Shown here in pieces: positions 28,973 through 38,775 of a stretch of DNA of 64,000 bases. The position numbers and the translations under genes are program-made. The notes under the pieces were generated by a model. That model did not search any database. It saw only the letters and a list, made by a program, of their open reading frames with translations, and was not told where the DNA came from. This stretch comes from an uncultured delta proteobacterium (lineage in GTDB: Bacteria; Desulfobacterota; Binatia; JACPRU01): positions 160,001-224,000 of the forward strand of contig CAVUWD010000013.1 in the NCBI GenBank assembly GCA_963745025.1, in the 5' to 3' direction. The stretch's first letter is position 1. Each line of letters starts with the position of its first letter.

Positions 28973-30415
28973 TTAATGCCGCAACGTCCCCGTCGCTTCG
29001 GCGAAGCGCCGCGGCAGCCCCCCAAAGGACCCGTTAGACATAAAGACGACGACGTCGCCCGGGCGAACGGAGCGGCCTAGATGGTCGAGGATGGCGTCGT
29101 TGTCGGGAAGCGTCTCCGCCTCGCGTCCCGCCACGCGCAAGTCCTCGACGATACGACTGACCGAAAGGCGATCTGACTCCGGCAGCGGATCGGTTTCCTT
29201 GAAGAAGACGGATGCCACGACCCCCGCGTCCGCGCCGCGGAGAGCCTCGGCGAACTCCTTCTGAAAGGTGCGCCGGCGGCTCGTGTTCGAGCGGGGCTCG
29301 AACACCGCCCAAAGCTTCCTTCCTGGATAACGGCGGCGCACAGCTTCCAAGGTCCCGGCGATCGCCGTCGGATGGTGCGCGAAGTCGTCGATCACGATGA
29401 CCGGTTCCTCGCGGACCACTTCCTGGCGCCGACGCACGCCGCGGAACGACTCGAGCCCGGGTCGAATGTCAGTCGCGGACAAACCGAGCCTCCGGCAGAG
29501 CGCGAAGACGCCGAGCGCGTTCCGCACGTTCATCTCGCCCATCGGCGAGATCGCGAGCTCGGCCTCGGCCGCCCCGTCGAAGCGCACCGTGAAGCGGGTT
29601 CGCCCGCCCTCGTCGCGGACGTCGACGGCTCGCCAGCTTGCGCTCGGCGCGAGGCCGAAGCGCTCGACGCTGCGGCCGCTCTCGCGCACCGTTTCTTCGG
29701 TCTGGGGAAAGTCCGTGCAGGCGAGGACGGGCGCGCCGCGGGGCACGATCTTCAAGAGCTTCACGAACGCCGCCTTCACCTGCTCGAGATCGCGGTAGAT
29801 GTCGGCGTGGTCGAATTCGACCGCCGTCAGGATCAGGCCGTGCGGCTGGTAGTGCAGGAACTTGGGCCCCTTGTCGAAAAAGGCCGTGTCGTACTCGTCG
29901 CCCTCGATGACGAAGTCCTGCCCCTTGCCCAGGCGGAAGTTGCCACCGAAGTCGAGCGCTTCGCCGCCCACCATCAGGCCCGGATCACGCCCCGCCGAAA
30001 CCAGCACCCACGCGAGCATGGCGGTCGAGGTGGTCTTGCCGTGCGTGCCGGCGACGACCAGCGAGCGCTTGCCGGCGAGAAAGAAGCGGCGGATCGCGTC
30101 GGGCATGGAGATGTACGGCAGGCCCCGCTCGAGCATGGCGGCGACCTCGGGGTTGGTGCGCGAGACGGCGTTGCCGACCACGACGAGGTCGGGCGGGGGG
30201 TCGAGATTCTCGGCGCGATAGCCGATCCGCACGGGAACGCCGAGCCGTTCGAGCAGCGTGCTCGCCGGCGGGTAGATGTCTTGGTCCGAGCCGCGGACCT
30301 CGAGCCCTCGGCTCTTCAGCATGCCGGCGAGCGAGGTCATCGCTACGCCGGAGATCGCGATGAGGTGCACCCTGCGGATAGCGCTCAAATCGCCGACGAT
30401 CCCCGGCTCGTTCAC
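28973..30415 (-). CDS. mpl: UDP-N-acetylmuramate:tripeptide ligase
   Basis: VHLIAISGVAM, VAGTHGKTTST, EGDEYDTAFFDKGPKF, DDFAHHPTAI, FEPRSNT, MSNGSFGG. Confidence 0.92.
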   Translation of the reverse strand: MNEPGIVGDLSAIRRVHLIAISGVAMTSLAGMLKSRGLEVRGSDQDIYPPASTLLERLGVPVRIGYRAENLDPPPDLVVVGNAVSRTNPEVAAMLERGLPYISMPDAIRRFFLAGKRSLVVAGTHGKTTSTAMLAWVLVSAGRDPGLMVGGEALDFGGNFRLGKGQDFVIEGDEYDTAFFDKGPKFLHYQPHGLILTAVEFDHADIYRDLEQVKAAFVKLLKIVPRGAPVLACTDFPQTEETVRESGRSVERFGLAPSASWRAVDVRDEGGRTRFTVRFDGAAEAELAISPMGEMNVRNALGVFALCRRLGLSATDIRPGLESFRGVRRRQEVVREEPVIVIDDFAHHPTAIAGTLEAVRRRYPGRKLWAVFEPRSNTSRRRTFQKEFAEALRGADAGVVASVFFKETDPLPESDRLSVSRIVEDLRVAGREAETLPDNDAILDHLGRSVRPGDVVVFMSNGSFGGLPRRFAEATGTLRH

Positions 30416-30555
30416 CGGCGTCGTCGTAGCGTAACGACGCCCCTCGAACAACCGTCGTGCTCTGTGCCGACGACGGCTCCCATCACTACGAGCGGTCGTT
30501 CACCTAGCGGGCGGCGGAGTTTTTCCACCGGCAGTCGGCGCGTCGAGCCTTAACC

Positions 30556-31821
30556 TCAGTGCCGGACTTCGTGCCAGCTGACGAGCGCCGTGGTGGCCCC
30601 AGGCAAGCCCGCAAGAGCCTCGTCGTAGTGGAAGTTCGCGGCGCCCATCGAGATGGTTCCGCCGATCGCCGCGCCGTAGTAGTCCGTCACGCTGCCCTGG
30701 AAGTTGAGCGCCGCTTCGGGAGCATAGATTGCCGCGTAGACGGCGCTACCGCCCGCGAAGGTAATTCCCTGATTCCCGTTCGGGCCCGCGTTGTACGTGG
30801 AGAAGATCTGGAGGTTCGAGGGAATCGGATACGAGTTGCCCGGAGGCACGTAGTTGATGATGCCTCCACCCCCGAAGTTGCTTGGGCTCGTGAGATAGAT
30901 CTGTACCTGCCCTTGCAGTGACACCGTGGCCTGCCCGGTGATCGTGATGCTGCTGAAGCAGTAGGTCCCCCCGGTGAGTATGATGTTGTCGCTGCCGTTG
31001 CCTCTGAGCTGCCCATTGCCGCTGTTGAAGCTTCCGCCGCCGATGCTACCCCCATCGTACGCGCCGTAGCCGCTCTGCGGGCACGACGGCGCGGGTGGCA
31101 TCGCCACCTGCGGCGCACCGCTCGTCGTGTCTCCGGTCACCGTAGATTGCCCGATCGACATATTACCGCCGGCTGTCGCTTCGCCGTTGATCGTCGTCGG
31201 CGAGCCGTTGTTGGTGATGTTGCCGTTGCTGCCGACGTTGCCGTTGCTGCCGGGATTGCTCGGATCGTAGGGCCCGTTGTTGGAATTGTAGCTGTCGGTG
31301 TACGCGCCTCCGCCGAACGTATCGCCATATTTGCCGAAAAGACCGTTTCCGAACAGCGGGTACTGTTGCAGCCGGGCCTTCAATTCGCGCTGCGCGCTCG
31401 CGAGGGAGCCGGGAACGGAACCGATCGACGTGATCACGAGGCTCGTCCGGTTCGGGCCCGGGTCGTCGGAGCTGCCGTCGAGCCGAACGTAATAGCCGTT
31501 TCCCGATGCTCCGCCGAAGGAGACGAATCGATAATTGGTGCCGTTCAGTGACTGATCGCTGCCGGTGCCGAGGAAGCCCGTAGGGTTTGCCAGTGCTGTA
31601 TCGAGCGTGACGCCCGCCGTGAGCTGCGCCTCGATCTTCCGCCAGGCGTGATCGAGGCCGGCCTCGGCGACCTGCAGGGCCTGTTTTCGCAGGTAGTCGT
31701 TGCGCGCGATGCCGATCTCGACCCGCGTGCTCCGTGCGGCGAAGGCGGCGATCGCCAGCAGAATCGACGTCAGAAGGAGGATTTCTACGAGCGCGATGCC
31801 CTGTTGCCCGAACTTCTGCAC
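30556..31821 (-). CDS. PilX-like minor pilin with a large Gly/Asn-rich C-terminal domain
   Basis: QQG-IALVE prepilin site, QALQVAEAGL, ITSIGSV, C-terminal YDEAL...VSWHE. Confidence 0.8.
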   Translation of the reverse strand: MQKFGQQGIALVEILLLTSILLAIAAFAARSTRVEIGIARNDYLRKQALQVAEAGLDHAWRKIEAQLTAGVTLDTALANPTGFLGTGSDQSLNGTNYRFVSFGGASGNGYYVRLDGSSDDPGPNRTSLVITSIGSVPGSLASAQRELKARLQQYPLFGNGLFGKYGDTFGGGAYTDSYNSNNGPYDPSNPGSNGNVGSNGNITNNGSPTTINGEATAGGNMSIGQSTVTGDTTSGAPQVAMPPAPSCPQSGYGAYDGGSIGGGSFNSGNGQLRGNGSDNIILTGGTYCFSSITITGQATVSLQGQVQIYLTSPSNFGGGGIINYVPPGNSYPIPSNLQIFSTYNAGPNGNQGITFAGGSAVYAAIYAPEAALNFQGSVTDYYGAAIGGTISMGAANFHYDEALAGLPGATTALVSWHEVRH

Positions 31822-31823
31822 AT

Positions 31824-32669
31824 TCAGTTCCTGAGCGTGATCGTGCTTGCGAGCGACCGCTGCAGGGGAGCGCCGATCATCGGATCGTTTCCCTCGGAAC
31901 GGCCGCGGAGGGTCACCTGGTAGGTCTTGGGAGGCGTCAACGTAATCTGCAGGTCGTTGATCCCCTCCGCCGCTGGCTGCGCGCCGCCTCCTTGGTTCTC
32001 GTCGCGCAGCAGCCGCGGCAGGCCGGTGGTCGGGTCGTTGCCGATGCTGAACGTGATCACGTCCACGCGACAGATCTGCGCGCTGGCGGGATGCGCCTTC
32101 TGAATGCCCTGCGCACCGGCGGCGGTACCCGTGTCGACACCGATCGATGTGCTGTTGACGCTCGTGACGAACGCGAACTCGGTCTCGCCGACACGGATGA
32201 GACCTTTGTCGCTGGTGTCGAGGAGATCTGTGAGGTTTGTGTTGGGGTCCCTAGGAGTGACCGAAACGCTCGTGACGCCGATGGCGGCCGGGCAGCCAGG
32301 CATACCAACACAATCGGACAGTTCCGCCACCGGCTCTTGAAAGCACGCGGCGACCGAGAGCGAATCGGGATTCGACCCGCTTCCCTGGGTGACAAGAGGA
32401 TTGCTCGTGAAGTTCGCCACCGACGTGATCCACGACGATGGGTTGCTCCCCCCCGGTGCCGCATACCGAGCGTTGCGTAGCGTGTCGCCGATCATGGCCG
32501 ATGCGAGGCGCAGGTTCTCTTCCAACGTCACGCTCTGGTCTTGCTGCGTGTTCGTGCGGCTCTGCACCAGATACAACCGGACGGCCCCGGCCATCATCGT
32601 GGCGACCATGATCATGCTGACCAGCAGCTCGATCAGCGTGAAGCCGCAGCTCTCGTCAGCTCGTGACAT
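31824..32669 (-). CDS. PilW-like minor pilin
   Basis: G-FTLIELLVSM, ENLRLA..LRNARY, AEGINDLQI, terminal ITLRN. Confidence 0.85.
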   Translation of the reverse strand: MSRADESCGFTLIELLVSMIMVATMMAGAVRLYLVQSRTNTQQDQSVTLEENLRLASAMIGDTLRNARYAAPGGSNPSSWITSVANFTSNPLVTQGSGSNPDSLSVAACFQEPVAELSDCVGMPGCPAAIGVTSVSVTPRDPNTNLTDLLDTSDKGLIRVGETEFAFVTSVNSTSIGVDTGTAAGAQGIQKAHPASAQICRVDVITFSIGNDPTTGLPRLLRDENQGGGAQPAAEGINDLQITLTPPKTYQVTLRGRSEGNDPMIGAPLQRSLASTITLRN

Positions 32670-33018
32670 AGGTCGTGAGCTGAACCGCTTCCGGCTGGGG
32701 CTCCCGCCAAGTGACGCGCACGGTCACCTGCGTCGTCCCGGGAACGGGACCGGCGGCCACGGTCCAGGTTCGCGTGTACACTGCGTTGTCGAGCGTGACC
32801 GTGTCGTTGCCGTTGGTCGGAGCCGTTGGCGAGCTACGGAACGCCTCGATCCGACTCTGCGCGACGCTGGTCGCGGCAGTCATTTCTTTTGCGATGCGAT
32901 TGGCGCGGACGTTGAGGAGCAGCATGGAGGTGAGCGCTGCTGCCATGGCGCCGAAGACGAGAAGGGCGACCAGCACCTCGGGGAAAGTAAAGCCCTCGCA
33001 CGAGGCGGGGCGTCTCAC
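32656..33018 (-). CDS. PilV-like minor pilin
   Basis: GTG overlapping the upstream stop; EG-FTFPEVLVAL, AQSRIE, YTRTWTV, VTVRVTW. Confidence 0.82.
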   Translation of the reverse strand: MRRPASCEGFTFPEVLVALLVFGAMAAALTSMLLLNVRANRIAKEMTAATSVAQSRIEAFRSSPTAPTNGNDTVTLDNAVYTRTWTVAAGPVPGTTQVTVRVTWREPQPEAVQLTTYVTS

Positions 33019-33482
33019 TGGATTCGAACCCTCCCCGCCGGCGAAACGGCCACTCCAGCGGTGTCGCCAGCGGAGTTCGTAATCGTCACCGTCGCCGTGG
33101 TCGAAGCGGTGCCTGTCGAGGTGAACGTCAGCGCGTTCGGTGCGGAGATCGTCACGCCCTGGCTGGCGACATCGAGAGGCTTGCTGACCGTCGCCCCGGT
33201 CGGCCCAATGGAATAGCTCGCGCCGCCGCCGTCGACCGTGAACGTGTAGGGGCGGTTCTCCGTCACCGCTGCCATGCGTACGGACTGGAGCTCCGAGTAG
33301 ACCTGCCGAGCGGCGGAGCGCACTCCGTAAATTCGTGTTACGCTGGCGATGTTCGGGCTCGCCGCGGCCAGAAGGATCCCGACGATGCCTATCGTCACCA
33401 GCAGGCGTATGAGGGTGAAGCCGTCTCCGTTGCGCAAAAGGCCGACACCTGGGCGCGAAGTCTGACAGCATGCCGATTTCAT
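33015..33482 (-). CDS. FimT/FimU/GspH-like minor pilin
   Basis: DG-FTLIRLLVTIGIVGIL, SAARQVYSELQSVRMAAV, LTFTSTGT, VSPAGRVRI. Confidence 0.8.
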   Translation of the reverse strand: MKSACCQTSRPGVGLLRNGDGFTLIRLLVTIGIVGILLAAASPNIASVTRIYGVRSAARQVYSELQSVRMAAVTENRPYTFTVDGGGASYSIGPTGATVSKPLDVASQGVTISAPNALTFTSTGTASTTATVTITNSAGDTAGVAVSPAGRVRIQ

Positions 33483-33504
33483 CTTTTGAACCTCACTAGA
33501 GGTA

Positions 33505-33520
33505 CGCATCCTGCGTGCCA
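33505..33520 (-). promoter_or_regulatory. Sigma54 (-24/-12) promoter for the minor pilin operon
   Basis: Minus strand TGGCACG-CAGG-ATGC; AT-rich upstream region with IHF-like ATTCAGATAGTTA (33549-33561). Confidence 0.65.
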
Positions 33521-33820
33521 GATGCACTCTTCAACGAAAATACAATGAATTCAGATAGTTAACTGTTTACGCACTCTCGATATGCGCCCTCGAGTAACGA
33601 AAACGAACAAAAGGACGCGGAATAGACCGTTCACCACGGCGATGCCCATCACGATTCACCGCCAATCATAATCTTAGGCGTTCAATTGAGGTGAACGATT
33701 CGTTCGCTCCGGCGCGCAACCACGAACGAAATGTTGGCTGATACCTAGAAACTGCGCGTTGTCGGCCCGCTGACGAAGGTGCCATCCCCGGCAGGGGAAC
33801 CGATCCCCGCGCTCAAATTC

Positions 33821-34391
33821 CTAGGACAGCGACACGCTCTTCAGAATCATCGGACCCGTCGGTGCCGTCACGCCGTCTGCAGGTTCGAGGGTGACGGCAA
33901 AGACGGACGCACCGCGACCTTCCGGCGGAACTTCCTCGCTCCACCGGCCACGGCCGGTCACGTCGGGCTCGAAGACGAGTCCCGGCAGCGGCGTTTCCGC
34001 CGGCGATGAACCAGAGCTGGTAGCCCTTGCCCTCCGGCGCCGGCGGCACGTCGTAAGCAAAGAGCAGCGCGCGCCCGGTGCGGCGATCGTAGGCGATCTT
34101 CAGTCGCGCTTTCGACGCTTGTTCCGTGCCCGCCAGCAGGATCGTCGCGGTGTCGGGTGATGCGAGGAATCTCGCTACCTCGCGTTCCGCCGCGAGCTGG
34201 GTCTCCATGGCCCGAACCCGCGCTGCGAGGCCCAACGCATACATCGTCAGCGCGATGACGGCGGCCGCGGCGGCGAGCCCGCAGACGGCGCCGACGGTCC
34301 TCGAGAGCGTACCCGACGTCTTGCCCTGCGTTGGACTCGAAGTCGCACTCTCCAGAATGCGCGCCTTCTGCTGTTCGGCCGAGGAGCTCAA
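33821..34391 (-). pseudogene. RskA-like anti-sigma factor, truncated and frameshifted
   Basis: GLAAAAAVIAL TM segment, PPAPEGKGYQLWFI, then FAVTLEPADGVTAPTGPMIL in another frame; N-terminus missing. Confidence 0.7.
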
Positions 34392-34489
34392 CGGGCGCGC
34401 CTTACACTAGGCTTCACTTTGGGGTCAACGAAGATCGCAGCGCGAAGATCGCAACCGGAAACCCACGAATCCGCCCGCCACGCGCCGAC

Positions 34490-34690
34490 GTAGCGTTCGC
34501 GCCCAGGCGCCGCGACCGTTGTTGCCGCGCACGGCGGACGACCGGCGCGATCGTCTGGAGTGCCGCGATCACGTGCGGAGCACCGCACGTCGCCGGCGTG
34601 CAAGATCCGCTCGACGCCGCGTAGCGCCTCGAGCGCTTCTGGGCGAACGAGTCCGTGCGTGTCGGAGACGAGGCCGAGAGAACGGGGCAT
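34490..34690 (-). pseudogene. YfcE-like metallophosphoesterase remnant
   Basis: LGLVSDTHGLVRPEALEALRGVERILHAGDV, then frameshifts and truncation. Confidence 0.7.
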
Positions 34691-34813
34691 GAACGCCGCA
34701 CGCGAAGCGATCGAGGAAGGCTCGGGGCGAGACGATCCGCACGTCAGTCTTTTTCGAACTCGCTGCGAGAGTCGTGACCGCTCACGGTTGGCGCGACTCT
34801 CGCGACCCGAGGT

Positions 34814-35944
34814 TCAACAGCCGATCGCCTCCATGACGAGATCGTGAATCACCGGCCGAAAGTCCTTGATCTTGTCGTTGTTCCGACTCGGGTGCACCCG
34901 ATTCGACAGCAAGACCACGTGCACGGCCTTGTCGAGATCGAGCCACACCGACGTCCCGGTGAATCCGAGGTGACCGATCGTGTTCTTGGAAAACCGAGTG
35001 CCGGCGGCGGAGCCGGTCGGCGAGGGCGTGTCCCAGCCGAGCGTACGAGGCGATTGCGCAACCGTCTTGTCGCGTGTGAACGCCTCACGCACGATCGCTT
35101 CGGGAAGGAACGAGTTCCTGCCGAAGTAGGCATCGCGGAGGCTCGAGAGCAGCAGGTTGACGTCCGCAGCCGACGAGAACAGGCCCGAATGACCGGCGAC
35201 CCCGCCCATGGCGTAGGCGTTGTCGTCGTGGACCTCGCCGCAGAGAATCTTCTTTCGCCATTCGCATCGCTCCGTCGGCGCGATCATTTCGGTCACGGGT
35301 ACGAGTCGACGAGTGCGAACGAGTGATAGGTCGATGAACGACGTCGAGCGCAAGCCGAGCGGCTTGAACATCCGATCCTGGCAGAAGCGGTCGAGGTTGA
35401 GTCCCGAGATCTCTTCGATCGCTTCGCCGAGAAGCATGAACCCGAGGTCGCTGTAGACCATGCTCAGCCCTGGACCGCCGTCGGGCTTCTCGCGGTGGAT
35501 CATCTCGAAAACGTGCTGCTTCGCGCCCTGGCTGCAGAGAAAGTTCACGCGGCCGCCGCGCTCGACCTTGATGAGCTCCTTGTAGTACGGACGCCAGCCC
35601 GGCAAGCCCGAGCAGTGCGCGAGCAGGTGACGGAATGTGACGTGCGTTTTTCCGTGCACGCCGAAGTTGTGGAAGAGGCGCGTCACGCGATCGTCGATGC
35701 GCAGCTTCCGCTCCCGCACCAGATGGAGGAACGCGGTCGCCGTCGCCAGGGGCTTGGTGAGGGAGGAGAGGTCGAAGATCGTGTCTTCGGAGACCGGGGT
35801 GACCTCGGGCTCGAGGCTCCGATGTCCGAACGCTCGGTGGTAGACGACCTGCCCTTCCTTGTTGACGAGCAGCACCGCTCCCGGAAAGATGCGGGTCGCG
35901 ACGGCATCGTCCATCGCCTTTTCGACGTGAGTGAAGCCGGTCAT
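34814..35944 (-). CDS. Beta-lactamase-fold serine hydrolase, peptidoglycan-recycling associated
   Basis: FDLSSLTK (SxxK), YSDLGF, GEVHDDNA..MGGVAGHSGLFS, GHLGFTGTS, LSNRVHP. Confidence 0.88.
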   Translation of the reverse strand: MTGFTHVEKAMDDAVATRIFPGAVLLVNKEGQVVYHRAFGHRSLEPEVTPVSEDTIFDLSSLTKPLATATAFLHLVRERKLRIDDRVTRLFHNFGVHGKTHVTFRHLLAHCSGLPGWRPYYKELIKVERGGRVNFLCSQGAKQHVFEMIHREKPDGGPGLSMVYSDLGFMLLGEAIEEISGLNLDRFCQDRMFKPLGLRSTSFIDLSLVRTRRLVPVTEMIAPTERCEWRKKILCGEVHDDNAYAMGGVAGHSGLFSSAADVNLLLSSLRDAYFGRNSFLPEAIVREAFTRDKTVAQSPRTLGWDTPSPTGSAAGTRFSKNTIGHLGFTGTSVWLDLDKAVHVVLLSNRVHPSRNNDKIKDFRPVIHDLVMEAIGC

Positions 35945-36042
35945 CGGGCGGAGTTTACGACAGAGCAAACGGTATGGCTATGCAGTGTTCGTCCGAGTGG
36001 GCCATTTCGGCCACCATCTGCTCAGATCGCCGAAATGACCCG

Positions 36043-37002
36043 CTACCCGGATGATCTGCGACCACTCGAAACGCCGGACTCGAGGATCTCGAGCGTTCGC
36101 CGGCCAGTGTCCAGGCGAGCGCGTACGCCGAGCGGAACGGTGCGCTTGCCGCGGCCGTGGCCGCTCGGCAGACCGAACGCGACGGGTATGCCGAGGTCGG
36201 CGGTTCGCTCGCGCAGCACGCCGAGCAGCTCGCGCCGCGTGCCGCAGTTCGACATCTCGCCGAAGACGATGCCGCGTGCCTTGGCGAGCTGGCCCGTCTG
36301 TCGGAGCTGGGTCAGCATGCGGTCGAGCGAATAGGGCTCTTCGTTCACGTCCTCGAGAAACACGATGCGGTTCGACAGGTCGACCGCGTACGGTGTGCCG
36401 AGCAACGAGACGAGGATCGAAAGGCAGCCGCCGAAGATCTTGCCTTCGACCACACCACGACGAAGCGTCACGCCGAGGCGAATGGGTGGCGGGCGCTCGC
36501 CGCGCAGCGCACCGAGCAGCGAGACACGGTCGACGGCGGCGAGTCTCGGAAAGTCCGTAGCAACCATCGGCCCGTGAAACGTCACCCAGCCGAGCTTGCC
36601 GGTCGCGAACGTGAGCAGCGACGTTGCATCGCTGTAGCCGACCAGTATCTTCGGCCCGCTCTCGGCGAGATCGCGGCCGACGAGCGGCAGCAGACGTGCC
36701 GCACCAAATCCTCCGCGCGTGAGAAAGATCGCCCGGACCGATCGGTCGCCGAGCGCCTGACGCAGCGCGGCCGCGCGGCGATCGTCCGTGCCGGCGAAGT
36801 GGCCGTTGCGGGCAAAGGCCTGCGGAAGCACCCGCACGTGGAAGCCGAGCCGTTCGAGGTTTCGCGCCCCGCGAAGGATGCGCGCTCGTTTGGCGGCGGA
36901 AGCGGGGGCGATCACGGCGATCGTGTCGCCGGGCGCGAGAGCGGGGGGGCGGCGGGGCGGACGGCGCCAGTCGGGAAGAGGGCCGCTTCTGCTCCGCCTC
37001 AC
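36043..37002 (-). CDS. ldcA: LD-carboxypeptidase (S66)
   Basis: [42 protein letters not shown]. Confidence 0.88.
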   Translation of the reverse strand: MRRSRSGPLPDWRRPPRRPPALAPGDTIAVIAPASAAKRARILRGARNLERLGFHVRVLPQAFARNGHFAGTDDRRAAALRQALGDRSVRAIFLTRGGFGAARLLPLVGRDLAESGPKILVGYSDATSLLTFATGKLGWVTFHGPMVATDFPRLAAVDRVSLLGALRGERPPPIRLGVTLRRGVVEGKIFGGCLSILVSLLGTPYAVDLSNRIVFLEDVNEEPYSLDRMLTQLRQTGQLAKARGIVFGEMSNCGTRRELLGVLRERTADLGIPVAFGLPSGHGRGKRTVPLGVRARLDTGRRTLEILESGVSSGRRSSG

Positions 37003-38018
37003 AGCGTTCGACCCGCGGCCTCGGCGAACTTCTTGAGCCCCTGCATCAAGCTCTCGAAGCGGGCAGGCTTGAGGGATTGACCGCCGTCCGAGAGCGCATG
37101 CGCGGGATCGGGATGGACCTCGATCATCAGCCCGTCGGCGCCCGCCGCGATGCCGGCGTAGGCCATCGGCGTCACGTATTGCCAGTAGCCCGTGCCGTGG
37201 CTCGGATCGACGATCACCGGCAAGTGCGTCCATTCCTTGAGGACCGGAATCGCGTTCAGGTCGAGCGTGTTCCGCGTCGCCGTCTCGAACGTGCGGATCC
37301 CCCGCTCGCAGAGGATCACCCGCGGATTCCCTTCGGAGAGGATGTACTCGGCCGCCATCAGAAACTCCTGGAGCGTCGTCATCATGCCGCGCTTCAAGAG
37401 CACGGGCTTGCGGAGCTTGCCGAGCCTGCGCAGGAGCGCGAAGTTCTGGACGTTCCGCGCGCCCACCTGAAGGATGTCCGCATGCTCGGCCACGAGCTCG
37501 GCGTCGTGGGGGTCCAACACCTCCGTGACGACCGGCAAGCCGGTTTCCGCGCGCGCCTTTGCGAGGAGCTTCAGACCATCCACCTCCATGCCCTGGAAGC
37601 TGTAGGGTGAGGTGCGCGGCTTGTATGCGCCTCCTCGGAGAATGTTCGCCCCGGCCGCTTTGACCGCTCGTGCCGACTGCATGATCTGCGACTCGCTCTC
37701 GACCGAGCAAGGCCCGGCCATGACCGCGAGGCGCGTGTCACCCACGCAGACGCCGAGCCCGACGTCGATCACCGAGTTTTCCTTGCGTACTTCGCGGCTC
37801 GCGAGTTTGAAAGGCTTGAGGATCGGAACACAGGCCTCCACTCCCGGCATCGACTCGAGCGCGGTGAGGCGCGCCTTGCCCCGCTCGTCCCCGATGCAGC
37901 CGATGATCGTTCGCTCGACGCCGTGAATCGGGTGCGATCGGTAGCCGAGGCGCTCGATCTCGGCGATCACGCCGTCGATCGCAGCGTTTGTCGCTCCCGC
38001 GTGCATTACGACGATCAT
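36999..38018 (-). CDS. aroF: DAHP synthase class I-beta with N-terminal regulatory domain
   Basis: [47 protein letters not shown]. Confidence 0.93.
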   Translation of the reverse strand: MIVVMHAGATNAAIDGVIAEIERLGYRSHPIHGVERTIIGCIGDERGKARLTALESMPGVEACVPILKPFKLASREVRKENSVIDVGLGVCVGDTRLAVMAGPCSVESESQIMQSARAVKAAGANILRGGAYKPRTSPYSFQGMEVDGLKLLAKARAETGLPVVTEVLDPHDAELVAEHADILQVGARNVQNFALLRRLGKLRKPVLLKRGMMTTLQEFLMAAEYILSEGNPRVILCERGIRTFETATRNTLDLNAIPVLKEWTHLPVIVDPSHGTGYWQYVTPMAYAGIAAGADGLMIEVHPDPAHALSDGGQSLKPARFESLMQGLKKFAEAAGRTL

Positions 38019-38084
38019 TCGTCCGAAGTAACGGCCGCTCCGGAAGATTGTCAAGCGACGCCTGCCGGGATATCTAGGACGATT

Positions 38085-38360
38085 GTGACTCCGAGCGACA
38101 AGAACCTGCATCGCGCCGCGGGACGGGTGACCAAGGCGTTCGTGGACGGGAAGATCGTGGCGGCGAAGGCACCGTCGGCCGAGATCGAGAAGCGCATCTT
38201 CGAGGCGCTGCGGGCGAATTTCCAGGAGGAAGCAGCGATTCAGCGCGAGGCCGAGCGCATTCTCGAGGAGAACAAGCACCAGACCACCGGCATGGACCAA
38301 CGCACGCTTCTCGTGAAAATCAAGGAGAAGCTCGCGCGCGAGCGCGGCTTCGTCCTGTGA
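38085..38360 (+). CDS. DUF507-like protein
   Basis: [14 protein letters not shown]...[14 protein letters not shown]; start uncertain. Confidence 0.7.
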   Translation: MTPSDKNLHRAAGRVTKAFVDGKIVAAKAPSAEIEKRIFEALRANFQEEAAIQREAERILEENKHQTTGMDQRTLLVKIKEKLARERGFVL

Positions 38361-38372
38361 CCGGTCGCTTCG

Positions 38373-38636
38373 ATGGCGCGGCTTTCCGACGATCGCATCT
38401 CCCATCTCGCGCGCAAGGTGGTCGAGGCGGCGCGCACGAGCGGCGAGATCAAAGACGAACGCCGGGCGCTCACCCTAGCGAAGCAGGCACTGGCGGAATG
38501 CTTCCAGCTCGAGGACCGACTTGACGGGGTGGTGCGGTCAAGGATACCTCATAGAGTCTACCCCGGGACGGCGGAATGGGAAATCCTCTACCGCCGCTAC
38601 ATGGACGAGGAGATAAGGAAGGTTCAGGGAAACTAG
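38373..38636 (+). CDS. DUF507-like protein
   Basis: [11 protein letters not shown]...[17 protein letters not shown]. Confidence 0.75.
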   Translation: MARLSDDRISHLARKVVEAARTSGEIKDERRALTLAKQALAECFQLEDRLDGVVRSRIPHRVYPGTAEWEILYRRYMDEEIRKVQGN

Positions 38637-38673
38637 CCGCCGCTGCAAAACCTCGTTAGTTCACCACCCGCCG

Positions 38674-38701
38674 TTGACAAGCCCATATCGATGATTAGTT
38701 T
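38674..38701 (+). promoter_or_regulatory. Putative groESL promoter
   Basis: TTGACA-N16-TAGTTT. Confidence 0.45.
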
Positions 38702-38775
38702 TCGTCCGCTGTTTTCCAAACAGCGTCAAGTCGATCGAGAGAAACTGCCAGAGAGCGAAAGGGGAGGTCGTTGTC

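Noticed and set aside
34765-34803. Integron attC site
   Set aside because: No RYYYAAC...GTTRRRY ends and no integrase in the window.
38640-38775. CIRCE operator upstream of groES
   Set aside because: No TTAGCACTC-N9-GAGTGCTAA match.
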